Assembly: GCA_043228905.1 (NCBI GenBank)
Contig: JBHGNT010000004.1
Coordinates: 22,258,001-22,322,000 of the forward strand
Reading direction: 5' to 3'
Source of the DNA: Azolla caroliniana
Taxonomy: Eukaryota > Plantae > Polypodiophyta
DNA: 64,000 nt
The position numbers and the translations under genes are program-made. Of the stretch, positions 13,301-25,755 are shown one piece after another; position 1 is the stretch's first letter; each line of letters starts with the position of its first letter. A model generated the notes under the pieces. The model was not told where the DNA came from. It ran no database searches and worked only from the letters and a program-made list of their open reading frames with translations.

Positions 13301-15538
13301 CCCACTCAGCTGCTCTGTTTCTGGTTGCAGTGAACCCTCCAAACCCTGATTTTGTTGATGCTCTTCTTCAGGTAATAATGTTGCCTTTAGTTCAACCCAA
13401 TCCAGTTCTTCCTCATCCCCATCTTCATAGCGAACCTGCATTATTATTGTAACCCAAAGTTAGTCTATTTTTCTTAAGGAAAGTCAATAAGCATACAAAC
13501 TACAGTTAGAATCCAACTTGCCTTGTAATATTTTGCCCTGTTATCATAATCGATTATCTCTCCAATGTAGAATTCACCACCAAACTCTTTTTGTGTATTC
13601 CTTCCAATCAACTTCATACCACCCCCAGGAGGAGATGGCAACTCGGAGATATGGCCATCTTGTCTACGTGAATCCTTCAACTTTGGGGATGTATTGACGT
13701 CAGGGGTGATCATATGTACATTTGCTGACTTTCTCGTTGGAATCCGGTGCTCATAAGGAGTTTCTTCAATTATTGATTCTGGATCCTCTTTATATCTACT
13801 GCTAAGCCTGGTATGAATACCACTTAATTCTTTTTCACTGTCAGACATATCATCTGTTTTTGTTTTCTTACCACGGCTCCTCCGTCTTGGTTTTCGAGAA
13901 GAACTAGTCCGTCTCAGTGTTCTGCGTTCTTTGTTATCGTTTGATGTTCGATCTGAGCTAGCCGAAGGCTGAACATCACTATCATCATTTGATGTATCTA
14001 TCACAAGACTTTTCCTCAAACCCCTCAATTTCCTTTCCTGAAAATGCTCCTCGGAAGCGTCATGGTCAGTATCTCTTTTACCAAGCTTTGTGCTCCTGCC
14101 ATCAAAACCACATTTCAACCGTCTACCCTGAACTTTTGTATTCCTAAGTAGCTGAGCAAAAAGATCCTACATCCAACATTTTATTCAAAAACGATCATGT
14201 TGTGTAACTAACAAGCATGAGCAGAGAATGACCTTTTGACATTGTTTGAAACACTACCATGACGCCTGTGCCTCTTGGTCTCGTATGGTTGATCTTCCAA
14301 TCCATCATTTTCGTCATCACTAACAATCAATAACCGTTTCACTTCCTTCTCATCTATCTCTTCTTCATCGCCATCCTCATAAACAACCTTCATTACCCAC
14401 CTCTAAATGTATTAGCCCAGAATCCAATCAAAAATAACGTATTTCTCCTCTTCTTATCCACAATCGCAAGAAAAGAGAAAGTGGCAAATTAAAGCATCCC
14501 ATTAAACAATCTCTTGAGTATGTTGCAAAGAATAATTGATTAAGGTAAAATGCTCTTTGCAAAAAGAGAATTACTTCAAAATGAAATCAGAATAAAATTG
14601 AATGAAAAATACCTTAAACAAATGCTTGTTAGAATCATATTCTACAACATCGCCATCAAAAAACTTTCTGCCGAATTTCTTTCTGATCTTTTTTCCTACC
14701 ATACCACTCCAATCTGTATAAGCCTGGATATAGATAGATAGGTAGGTAGGTAGATAGATATTTTAATCAGCACAATATTTTCATCATGTTGCAAAGCTTC
14801 AAGATGACAAAAAATCCTTACATCTATATCTGTTTCCATATGTGGTTCTGTAGATTTTGACTTCCCAAGCATATCTTTGCAGCACAAAACGATGTATAAG
14901 ATTTACATATTGAATATTGGATTTCCTATATTAAATTTGACATAAAATGTAATCAAGTATATACCAGGAAATTTCTCATCGTCTTTCTTTTGAGACATAG
15001 ATGTGAGATTCAAGTTCTCAACGATCAACACGGTCTCCCCTTCTACTGAGGATACTACATTGTTGTCGAAAGAACTCGAACATGGTGTTCCATTCAACCA
15101 ATCAGACCTCTTTACCACACCATTGGAGAGAAAAGGGTTTATGATCTGTCTTGGAAAGTTTGTATTGGGATCAATTCCAAATGGATTTGATCGGAATGTA
15201 GAATGATCAAATATCTCTGTCACAATGGAAGTTGAAGCTTCCACAGTTTCTGAGACATTGGCAATAACTTTGTCATCAGACTCTTCTCTTAATGATAGTG
15301 TCATTTCTTGCGATACATGACATTCTGATTCAGTTACTGCATCACAAGATGTTCCTGTTACTGCATTACCTATTGCTTGTATTCCCTCATTTCTTGCTAA
15401 CTCAGTTACTTCATTACTCTTTAAACTTTGTTTCTTTGAGAGGTTATTTCCCAATTTCTGCGCTTCTGGTGAACTGCTTTTTGATGATGATGATGGTAAT
15501 GTAATTTCAGCATTATCGTTTCCTGATTCCCTTGACAT
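10345..15538 (-). CDS. ~1066-aa protein: disordered N-terminus, two PTM/DIR17-like Tudor domains, C-terminal RCC1-like beta-propeller repeats and a basic tail
   Basis: Phase-consistent 15-exon model: 15538-14965, 14874-14822, 14723-14613, 14387-14233, 14143-13522, 13435-13203, 13090-13055, 12964-12739, 12249-12049, 11749-11669, 11584-11430, 11350-11245, 11158-10991, 10910-10571, 10484-10345 (3201 nt). Tudor 1: VGKKIRKKFGRKFFDGDVVEYD..FKVVYEDGDEEE. Tudor 2: IGRNTQKEFGGEFYIGEIIDYD..YKVRYEDGDEEELDW. RCC1-like blades: ASRHHLAALTAAGQVWIW, CGRVYHAIIMTDDGRAWTWG, VGCYGEDFIALTNDGEVHQW, VAIGAGVCAGISETGRVHTW. Confidence 0.8.
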
Positions 15539-16262
15539 GTAGAGCTTTCAAGTTTAGGACAATTATGTGCACTGATCTGAAGCTCTTCCAGATGCTTCTT
15601 GGAAAGATTATGAATGATGCCTCAATACATAAATACAAAACAAGATTCCAACAAAGGAGAAAGCAGGGACCTTTGCAAGCTAATTGCTAAATTTCAGATC
15701 TTTTGCCCAAAATCTTTTCTATTTGATTTCTAACATTGATTCTACTGCCTTCTTTCTCAAAACGCTGCGATGTCTTTTCTGTGCTGAGTTGCTGACAAGA
15801 AATGGCGCATATTTAGGCTGTAATTTGTTAATTTCGTGGAAACTTGAGGTACAAAGAAAAGAATTTTAAGGAAAAAATAGAAGAACGCAATGAAAATCAA
15901 CGAAATCAAAAGAAAGGAAAGCAGTAAAAAGAAAACACAACGAAAGCAAATGAAATTAAAGAAAGAAAAACTGGTGGAAGGTAGATATAAGGTGGATGTA
16001 CAGCTCCTTTGAGCTTCTATGGAGATATTCTGCTATTTTTCCTTCAGTTTTATGACCTAATCTGTGCGAACAGAGGGAGGAAAGGAAACCCTGAGAGAGA
16101 GAGCTGTTAACAAAGCGAGAGCAAGTTAATTATCAGGGAAAATTGTAGAGGAAGGAATGGTGGAGACATTACCTGTCGACATGGAGCAGCAGCTGAGCCA
16201 ACAATTTTGCGTGTTTTCTACTGAGTGAGTGTGCAGAGACCGATGGAGATGGAGATGGAGGC

Positions 16263-16385
16263 CATACACATACATACACATACATACATACATACATACA
16301 TACATAACATACATATGTACATACATACATACATACATACATACATACATACATGCATGCATGCATGCATGCATAACACATACAT
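16263..16385. repeat. (ATAC)n/(ATGC)n microsatellite upstream of the Tudor-RCC1 gene
   Basis: Direct tetranucleotide run. A likely 5'UTR exon donor CAG|GTAATG lies at ~16172 on the minus strand. Confidence 0.9.
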
Positions 16386-17050
16386 AGGTATTTGTTTATT
16401 CGGCAAATACCCTCCTCCGAGTCTTCTATCGTTTTTTCCCTTTACTATACCCCTTGTGTTTTTGTTATTTCCCAAACTACCCCTACCTTCTCGTTCATCC
16501 CAGGACCCAGGTACCCCGAGTCAACCCCAAAATTTTATTACGATAGTTGTGGCCATGTTAAATCTCTCACCGATGGGACATTCGTATTCGTAATCAAAAT
16601 CTTGTAATTAGCATAAATGTTGATCTCCTAGTCATTGTACTGTAAACTAGCCATTTGTAGGCTCATGTTAAGAAATTAAGTTCCCGCTATGCCTAGCCTT
16701 AGAGTCAATGTGATTAGTGTTGAGAAGTCAAGTTCAACCATGCTCTTTGTGTATGAACACACTCAATAGAGAATGTGTGTCAAAGCCTAAAGGCCAAGCT
16801 TGTCATAAGTGTACGGGAATATATTCTTTGTATTGAATAGAATGGATATTATATCCCACTCATTCTATGAAATTGCATGTAGAATGTGGTGTATAAATAA
16901 ATCCTTTCCCACATAATTGTTTTGTAATCTTAATTTACTCGTTTGTTGTTTGTTCAAACCTCATTTTGTATGTTCTCTCATACACATACACATCACATCT
17001 ATCATTTTTGTTACCCTACTTAACTATCATGTATAAAATTTCATACTTCT

Positions 17051-17500
17051 TTACATGATATCAATCCATGAGAGGCTTGTCCTGGACATAAACCAAGCTT
17101 GTAGCTTATTTGTGTGTTCTCGTCAAAGTCGTTTGTGCCAACTGGGTCATTTTGCATCAACATGGTCAACTAATTACCATTGTATAGCTTTTGCATGGAA
17201 TAATTCCACCAACATCTAATGTATCATGAAAGAATATCATAATGAGTCATTAAAGAGGAACAAAATCATTACCAACATGACTATTCAAAGAGGTAATTTT
17301 CACTTCAATTTAAAACTAGATCAAAACAACTTTGCATCTTGGAAGTACAAGATGAACCAATTCCTTGTCAAACAAGGGTATTGGGGATTCATCATTGAAG
17401 GCTTGGTGCATAAGTGTGGATTCATCGAATACCAAGACATGGGCAAGAATTAAGGAACCAACCATGTCATGTATTGCCTAACAACATGTATGTAAGACTA
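17051..17500 (+). mobile_element. Degenerate Ty1/copia 5' region (PBS-like site and gag N-terminus)
   Basis: LKLDQNNFASWKYKMNQFLVKQGYWGFI resembles the copia gag N-terminus. acatgatatcaa at ~17053 resembles CA-TGGTATCA. Confidence 0.6.
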
Positions 17501-17681
17501 CACATGTTACATGCATAACCATAAGTTATCTTATCGTGGTTTTTACCAAAGCTTTCTACACACGATGATAAGAGTGTGAGGGTTAATTAAGAGTTTTAAT
17601 CCTAGGGATTGCAACAACCCCTTAAGTCCAAATGTGAACTTGTTGGGGCCTTGGGTTTAACTATGAATATGAGGCCTAGCC

Positions 17682-18055
17682 AACCTCGTAAGGGGATCCT
17701 TTGACTATCAATATTGTGATCTTGGGGTGACCAAACTCTTGTTGTGAGCATGTGAAAATGCTAGGATGCCAAACATCGAAGGATACTTGAGACCACTTGG
17801 TAAGATGTTTGTTGCTTGCATGCATGCCTTTAGCTTAGACATTGATAGAACAATATGCACATGAATATGGGCCCCAATGAACCTCATAAAGGGATCATTT
17901 GACTATCGAGAGTGTGACCTTGTGGTGAACATACTCTTTTCGTGAGTGTGTGCCAAGGCCATGACGCCAAAACATTGAAGGATGCTTGAGACCACTTGGT
18001 AAGATGTCTGTCGCCATCATGCATGCCTTTCGCTTAGACATTAGTAGAACAATAG
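17682..18055. repeat. Diverged ~190-bp direct repeat pair
   Basis: tttgactatc...cttgagaccacttggtaagatgt...gcttagacatt occurs twice. Confidence 0.75.
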
Positions 18056-20002
18056 GCATGAAAAGCTTACATTTGAGGGTGACTACACCTTGTCTATATA
18101 GGATTGATTTATACAATGCACTCCCTTTTATCAACGTGCGAGTCAATGAGGAAACAAGAGTACTAATCTACTTGAGAAAACTATCACAATAATTCAATCA
18201 TGATAGAAGTCATATAATTGCAAGACACATCACCATGATATTTTTGACCTATAATTGATTTGTCAAGGAACATCGTGTTGGCATAAAAAATACATAGTTG
18301 TGGACAAAGTAGATGTAGAAGATCCATTGTTTAGCATATCAAAGACTCAGATTATCATGAAATTCTCTTGAGTATAATATCTTCTTTGCTAAAATGCATG
18401 AATATATCTTAGACATGTTTTGAACATTAAGCAACCAAATCTTATGTTTATGAGTAACTACACCTTATATATGAGAACTCTATAAAATGCACACCCTCCG
18501 ATTGATATTCAAGTCAATGAGGAAACGATAATATAAATCTACTTGAAGAAACTATCACAACAATTCAATCCTCATAGAATTCACATAACTACAAGGGGTC
18601 ATATCATGGAAAGAAAATTACTTAGTCACCCATACTTAAAGCACATACAAACACAAACATACTTAAAGCACACATTTGCAAATGAACATACACACGGATA
18701 TATGTATAAGGTACATATATATACGTATAAGATACACAAATCATCTACACATGCATACAATCAACCACTTCATCACGCACAAGGAAGGCGCCTAGATAGT
18801 TCTATAAAACAAAAGATGTACTAATGGACTCCTCACCAAGTGCATATTTGCACATAAATACCCAAAAAGGGCCATATTCACATGCACATGTCAACATCTA
18901 CGTTATTCAAAGGAAATTCTAAGTGTTCCCACACATTTTGAGTGAGACATTGTTCGCACACATATGCATCATATCAAACAAACATCATTGGCAAACTTCA
19001 AAAAGGGTTCAAGCCCGTAATTGTCCCACTTGAATCTCACGTGTGTGAATGAATTTATATGATACTCTTTCATAGATGAGATCAGAGTATGCATTCTCAC
19101 TCGCATAGTGAATCAAGTTTTATTGAAGGAAACAATAAGGCCCATACCTTGGAGGGTTGCACTTCCAAGCATCAATACCAAGTCCCCGTGGGTTTCCTTC
19201 GAACTGATGGACTAATCGAGGGATTGAGGAACATCACTCCCCACTGGCAAAGACCACTTTGTACATCAACACATAAAAGCACTTAGCTCTCCACTTCATG
19301 CAACTAAGAAAGTCGTTTTAAGTTAGTATAAAATTAACACACACCCAATCACTAAACTAATTAAGAATTGCATTACCTTTAGTTAAATATATCATTACAA
19401 AGTAAGAAGATGTGACATGTCTCAATTAAATAGATAGTCACATGTACATCTTAATTAATTAGTGTGGAAAAGCTACATGGAGGAAAGTGGCTCTTAGTGG
19501 ATGCAAGGGGGAGAGAATGAAGACCAACAAGTAGGCCCAATGTTGGGGCACCCAACAACACCTTTTACATGAGAGCTCTTGCATTTGTATGCAACGTCAA
19601 ACCCGAAAGGGTCCATTTTACATTACATGCCTACAGGCCATTGTGGCCTAATGAAGGTAGTTCCACACGAATTACAATTTACAATATGCCCATGTTTCTT
19701 GCATACATTTGTCTTATGATCAATTTTTTGGATTGGAAATACTAAGCTTTATATGGTTGTTAAAACTAGGAATATGACATTATTTTCCTTAATGTGTATC
19801 ACTCTCTTAACATAGACCAACCACTCGTATCATGATATTTTCATGAATTGGTTATGAACATCATTCCTATATCTAAAGTAAAGGTTTGTAATTGTTTAGT
19901 AGATAAGGCTTTTGATTATCAATATTGTACCGAATTGCTGGAGTCCACTTACATCTTGGCGTTGTAGTTGAGCGAGTTGTGATTTGTTTGCGTTTTACAA
20001 CC

Positions 20003-20293
20003 TCACCTAAGAAATTTGAACAAGGTTAAGATGTAGTGGCATTGAGACGACAACATTTTTCGAGGTGTGTTGATGATCTCGTAATGAAGCTTGTTCATAT
20101 CGTTCGTTTCAAACTTGGCGATGAGTAGAGACTTCACTTTCTTTGTTTCAACCAAATGTTCTCCTCCTATTACAAGGCCATCGACATATAGGAGAATGAA
20201 CGTGGTACCAATATAAGATTTGGCCCACATGTAGAGGTGTTGTTTGACTTTGACATGTGAAAGTTGATGTACTACACGATCTTTGAGTGCCAC
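20003..20293 (-). pseudogene. Ty1/copia reverse transcriptase remnant
   Basis: FILLYVDGLVIGG..VKSLLIAKFETNDM matches the copia YVDD..F.MKDLG region. Confidence 0.7.
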
Positions 20294-20896
20294 GCCTTTG
20301 GTGCTTGTTTGAGACTAGTATAGTGGCTTCTTGAGCTAACATATCATGAGCTAGTGGGATTCTAACTCGAATCTAAGTGTTTGTATAAATTGCATTTATT
20401 CCTACATTCTCCTTGGAGCAAGGCATTTTCACATTGTCGTAATGTGGTGTGGCCGATTGGGAATCAAATGCAACTTCCCTAGTGTGGAAACACACCCTGG
20501 TGTGTGAACACCCCACCACCTACTATAAGAACTAGTGTGTCATAGAATCTTATGACACATATTTAGTGTAGTTAAGTCGCCACCACTCTTTAGTAAGCGG
20601 TGGTTGTATAGAGAGAAGGTGACTACATAAGCACCTCTCCCCTCCTCTTTATAATGTTGTATTCTATAGGAATGATGTTTCCGGAGTCGCAATATTACAC
20701 CAAGCTCATGAACTTTACTGATAAATATGACAACAAATACATGATGGTGAAAGAACATCTATCGAACAAAGAAAACACATGATGTAATATTCTTTATTCA
20801 CAACAACAACATTAGGTTATACATATGGATCCCCCTTATTTCTGAATTTCATCAAGTGCACCTATTTACTTATTTTTCAGTACCTAAGTAATCAGA

Positions 20897-21290
20897 ATAA
20901 GTGCTTAATACATTGTAGAATAAACATACTTAATACGCACTAGCATAAACATCAACCGGTTTTCAGATAAACTCTAAATAATAAAGCCTAAATAAGTGCC
21001 ATAAACCATAACTCTAAATAAGTGCTTAATACATCATAGAATAAACATACTTAATACGCCATAACATAAACATCAACCGATTTCCAAATAAACTCTAAAT
21101 AATAAAGCCTAAATAAGTGTTCTGAAATAACCTACGCCATAAACCATAGCTCTAAATAAGTGCTTAATACATCGTAGAATAAACATACTTAATACGCCAT
21201 AACATAAACACCAACCGGTTTTTGGATAAACTCTAAATAATAAAGCCTAAATAAGTGTTTTGAAATAACTTGCGCCATAAACCATATCTC
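20897..21290. repeat. Three ~120-140 bp AT-rich tandem repeats
   Basis: aataagtgcttaatacat...ataaactctaaataataaagcctaaataagtg occurs three times. Confidence 0.9.
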
Positions 21291-22351
21291 TGATCAACAC
21301 TAAAGCCATTGTACAAAAAGTGAAGAGACATACTAAGGGAAGGAGAAGATGGGGAAACTAGTGCTTCAACATAGATGGGGAAGACGAGTGAGGCAGAGAA
21401 CCTCAAAACGATGGGGACATTGGCATGCAGTGAATATCTTAAACGCGAAGTTTTCGAATATTAGACAGGCCCGGTTGGAAGGAGGAAGAGGAGACGTGAT
21501 GAGGAAGAAGGGCCAAAATCATTCAATGGTGTGAGGGGGAAATAGCCCCCAAAACACTCCAGAACATGTAGCAACCGTCTCCCCCCCCATTCCCCGACTT
21601 TAATGCAACGTGTACTACCCCCACCCCACTCCCTAAAAATATTTTAATTTTTTTCCGATTTAAAAAAATAATTCTACAGTTACTTAGTACTAACAATACT
21701 CATGTTTTTTCTTGACAAAAACAATACTTTTTTGGTACACCATAGCGTGTTTCAACCCTATACTAGTTTCATTCAACATTGACGATGTCACGTACATGTG
21801 TCATTGGAATATTTCTCTTCGACATAACAATAACTCTTACTTGAAAATCTTCACATTTTCCTTTAAGATGTATTAAAATATGTAAATATAAGTAAAAGAT
21901 AAGTACAAGACAATTATTAGATGGGATATCATTTCTATATTGTGCACAATGATGTGCGATTTGATTATACTTGCACGAACGTTATACCTTACCTAAGATT
22001 TGAATAAAATACATGACCCATAAAAGTGTAGGACTATTGATTTTTTTTTCATGATATTATTTAGTTCTAAATTTTGGGTCTTTTTAAAAACCTTGTACGC
22101 ATGCGTTGTACCTATTAGAAAGTTTGCTAAAATATGGCATTTTTTAACATCTCCCTAAGATATGAAAAAGAGGATGCGACATATTAAACCTGTTTCAAAT
22201 GACCCGATGTTTTATATTAACAATTGAATAAAACACACAAGCACACATATCTCATCACGAAAATATATTGGTGCTATTAAGTATCCATCATACATCTCCC
22301 TTTTGATGTTCGAGTTCGAGAATACACTAAAGACTCCTTATAGGATTATAG

Positions 22352-22355
<4 letters not shown>

Positions 22356-22414
<59 letters not shown>
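22356..22414. repeat. (GA)n tract, left boundary of the TE stack
   Basis: Direct run. Further (GA)n tracts lie at 27044-27090, 27259-27284 and 33821-33856. Confidence 0.97.
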
Positions 22415-22419
<5 letters not shown>

Positions 22420-22846
22420 AAAGTTGATTTGGTAGTTTTCACAGTTATGTTGTATGGGAACTTTGTCCCTAGATGAGTTACATTTGTATCGTTTTGTATT
22501 GTGGCACCTTACAAGGTTGCCCTTGCCACATCGTGACTTTTGATAGCAAGTTTTTTTTGTATTGTCGTGTTGTTTTAATATTGTGAAATGCTCTCAAGAA
22601 TAGCCCCTTTTCATTATGTCTCAAGTTACATTTTATAGACTCTCTCTTAGCGTGGAGGGTGTTCTCCCGCTCCAATTAGCTCTACTAATTATGGGGCTTG
22701 GTGGGGGCCTAGTTTGGGTGTGGTGCATGAGGCTTGGTAGGGGCCTAATTTGGGTGTGGTCTATGTGTGGTGCATGGGGCTTGGTAGGGGCCTAATCTAG
22801 GTGTGGTCCATGTGACCACCACAATTCCCCCTTGTAAAAAAAAAAG

Positions 22847-25755
22847 TTACTGTGCAGTTGAAGCGCGACGAGGCGTGGACGACGGTTCCAGACGGGGGGA
22901 TGACACGGGCGTGGGCGTAGGCATGAGTGTGGGCGGGGGCGGTGGTAGTTGATGGAAGGGCTTCATGCGAGACTGGTGAGCAAAGGTAGAGCGGTTGTTG
23001 GAGGCGCGGCGGAGCAGGTATGTAGTGTCGCGTATCTGCTTTTGAACTTCGAAGGGACCGATCCATCGGTGCATGAGCGATTCGCTGAGACCGCGACGAC
23101 GGATGGGGAAGTAGACGAGGACTTTGTCACCGACGTGGTATTGATGGTCGACACGGCCTATATCGTGTTGTCGTTTTTGGCGTAGTTGTGCCTGGTGCAG
23201 GTTGCTCGTGATGGCTTTGCGGAGGAGGGGCTGGAGTTGTTGTAGGTGGGACCACCAAGACACTGCGTCAGCGTGGAGTCGTGTGGTTGGTTGCGGGACT
23301 GCGACTTCTGGGGGTAAGCGCGGGTCCCTTCCGTAAAGGGCCCGAAATGGGCTAATGCGGGTAGAGGCTTGCACCGTTGTGTTGTAGGCATGCGTAACGA
23401 AGGGCAAGATTCGGTCCCAGGTTGAGTGCAGCGGATCGATGTAGGCTGAGATTTGTTGTTTTAAGGTTCGATTGAGGCGCTCCGTCAACCCATTCGTTTG
23501 CGGATGGTAGGGTGACGTGAATAACTGTTGGATTCCTAGTTGTGTTGAAACGAGGTGTAGGAGCTCACCGTTGAACTGGGGTCCTCGATCGGACAAGATT
23601 TGGAGTGGGCAACCGTGGGGGAAGATGATTTTCTCCAATAGTTTGGAGGCGATGGTCATAGCCTTTGCATCTGGGATAGCGGCCGTCTCAGCCCAACGCG
23701 TCAAGTACTCGGTGATGACGAGGATGAATTTGTTCCCTCCTTGTGACTCGGGAAAGGGGCCCATAATGTCCCATCCGACGATTTCAAATGGAGCTTGAAC
23801 TTGTATCGGATGTAAGAGGCCTTGAGCCACTTGAGGTGATTTGATGGCCTGACATAAGTTGCATGCTTTGATGTAGGAGGCGACCTCGTGGCGTAGCCCA
23901 GGCCAATAGAATTTGCGACGAATTTTGTCGAGCACCTTATAAAAACCCAAGTGGCCGGACAATGGGTGATCGTGGAAGAAACGAAGGTAAGACTGGCGTA
24001 GTTGCTCAGGCACGTAGACTCGGGGTTCTTTGCCTACTTGACAAAAAAGTAGGACATTATCCTAGATCATGAATTGCTTGGTGAGGGATGATGTCGGTTC
24101 AGCTCGTAGGCGGTGGCAGATATCTTGGATTTGTTTGTTGTCGGATTGGAGCAGGACCGCACCAAGGCCGACATTGGAGGCATCCGTCTGCAGATGGAAA
24201 GGCTTCGTGAAATCAGGGTGGGCCAGGAGGTCAGAGGCTTGGAGTGTTCTCTTGAGCTGCAGGAAGTTGGATTCGCAGGCTTCGGTCCACAGGAAGGGTG
24301 CGTCTTTTTGTAGGAGCGCGCGTAGTGGGGCTGACAGGTCGGCTAGCCGTGGGATGAAACGAAGAGAGAACGTGAGGAGGCCGAGGAAGCGTTGAAGCTG
24401 CTTGACTGTGGTGGGGCGTGGGAATTTTTGGACTGCTTCTGTCTTCTCCGGGTCCATTTGTATTCCGTCGGAGGAGATGACGTACCCAAGGAAGCGGAGG
24501 CACGTACTACCCCATCGGCACTTCTTCCATTGCAGCTGCAATCGATAGCGTTGAACACAAGTTAGGACCTCCCGAAGGACTTGAAGGTGTTCTGCCCAAG
24601 TGCTTGTATGTACCAGAATATCGTCTAGATAGACGATGACGACACGACGGGTGATGAGATCATCGAAGATGGCATTAGCCATTCGCTGGAATGTGCTCCC
24701 CGCATCAGATAGGCCAAAGGGCATCCGTGTGAACTGAAAAATGCCTTTCCTAGTGCGGAATGCAGTTTTGTGGGCATCATGAGGATTCATCGGGATCTGC
24801 CAATATCCCGAGGCTAGATCGAGGGAGGTGAAGTACTTTGATTTGCCAAGCTGGTCGAGGAGGTCATCGATACGAGGGAGAGGGTATCGGTCATGGGTGG
24901 TGACATGGTTCAGTTGTCGGAAGTCGACACAAAAGCGGTAAGAACCATCCCCTTTCTTTACCATGTGTGGCTTCGAGATCCACTCGCTCTTGGAAGGTGT
25001 GATAATCCCTTGTTGGAGCATAGTTTTGACGGCGTTGTCGATGCGCTCGTGGTCGAGAGGCGAGCGACGTCGGGTAGCTGCGTTGATGGGGCGGGCGTTG
25101 CCTGTAGGAATCGTGTGGTGAATCGGAAAACGGACCGAGGGAGGTTTTACAGGTGGTGTAGACAACGAGGGAAAGGTGGCGAGGAGCCGTCTGATGTCGT
25201 TGATGCGCTCCGCCGGTGATATCAGGTACTGTGTGTTGCTGATGTGGGTGGTATCCCGCGGAGTAGTGAAGAGCGCGATCGGAATGTGATTTGGGAGGAT
25301 GAGCTGTTGTGCGGAGAAATCGAGACAGGCTCGACTATGGAGGAACCAATCACATCCCAAGGTGATTGGGAACAACTGGCACGGGAGGACGTAGAAATGA
25401 TGGTGGATCTGGGCGGAACTAATGGTGAGCATGCACCTGACTTGCGTATGTGAGTGGTACACCCGTTGTTGGTCGCCGAAGAGGATTTTAATGGGCGGTG
25501 CGTGGCTCGTGGGAAGTTGTAATTGGGTGACTAAATCTGCGTTGATGGAAGAGATGTTGTTGCCGGAGTCGAGGAGAACTTCTTGGGTCGTGTGCTGGAG
25601 GCGGGCGATTGTGGTACAAACGGGCGAAGTTGATGAAGTGGAGGCGTGGATGTGCGGGGGCGGCTCGATCGTGGGAGAAACGGGAGAAGTTGAGGACGTG
25701 GAGACGTGGAGACGTGGACGTGCGGGGGCGGCTCTCCCTGCGGCACCCCGCGCAT
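22847..25755 (-). pseudogene. pol: Gypsy pol (protease, RT, truncated RNase H, integrase)
   Basis: Protease LLDSG (~25565-25580); RT motifs RFCVDFRQLN and YLDDIL; RNase H start TDASNVGLGAVLLQ fused directly to pre-integrase sequence; integrase HHCC, DDE core and GPF motif. There is an in-frame TAG at 24062-24064 and an 8-bp duplication frameshift near 25700. Confidence 0.93.

Noticed and set aside
16126-16593. ORFs with MYVC/HTYI repeats
   Set aside because: Translations of the (ATAC)n microsatellite.
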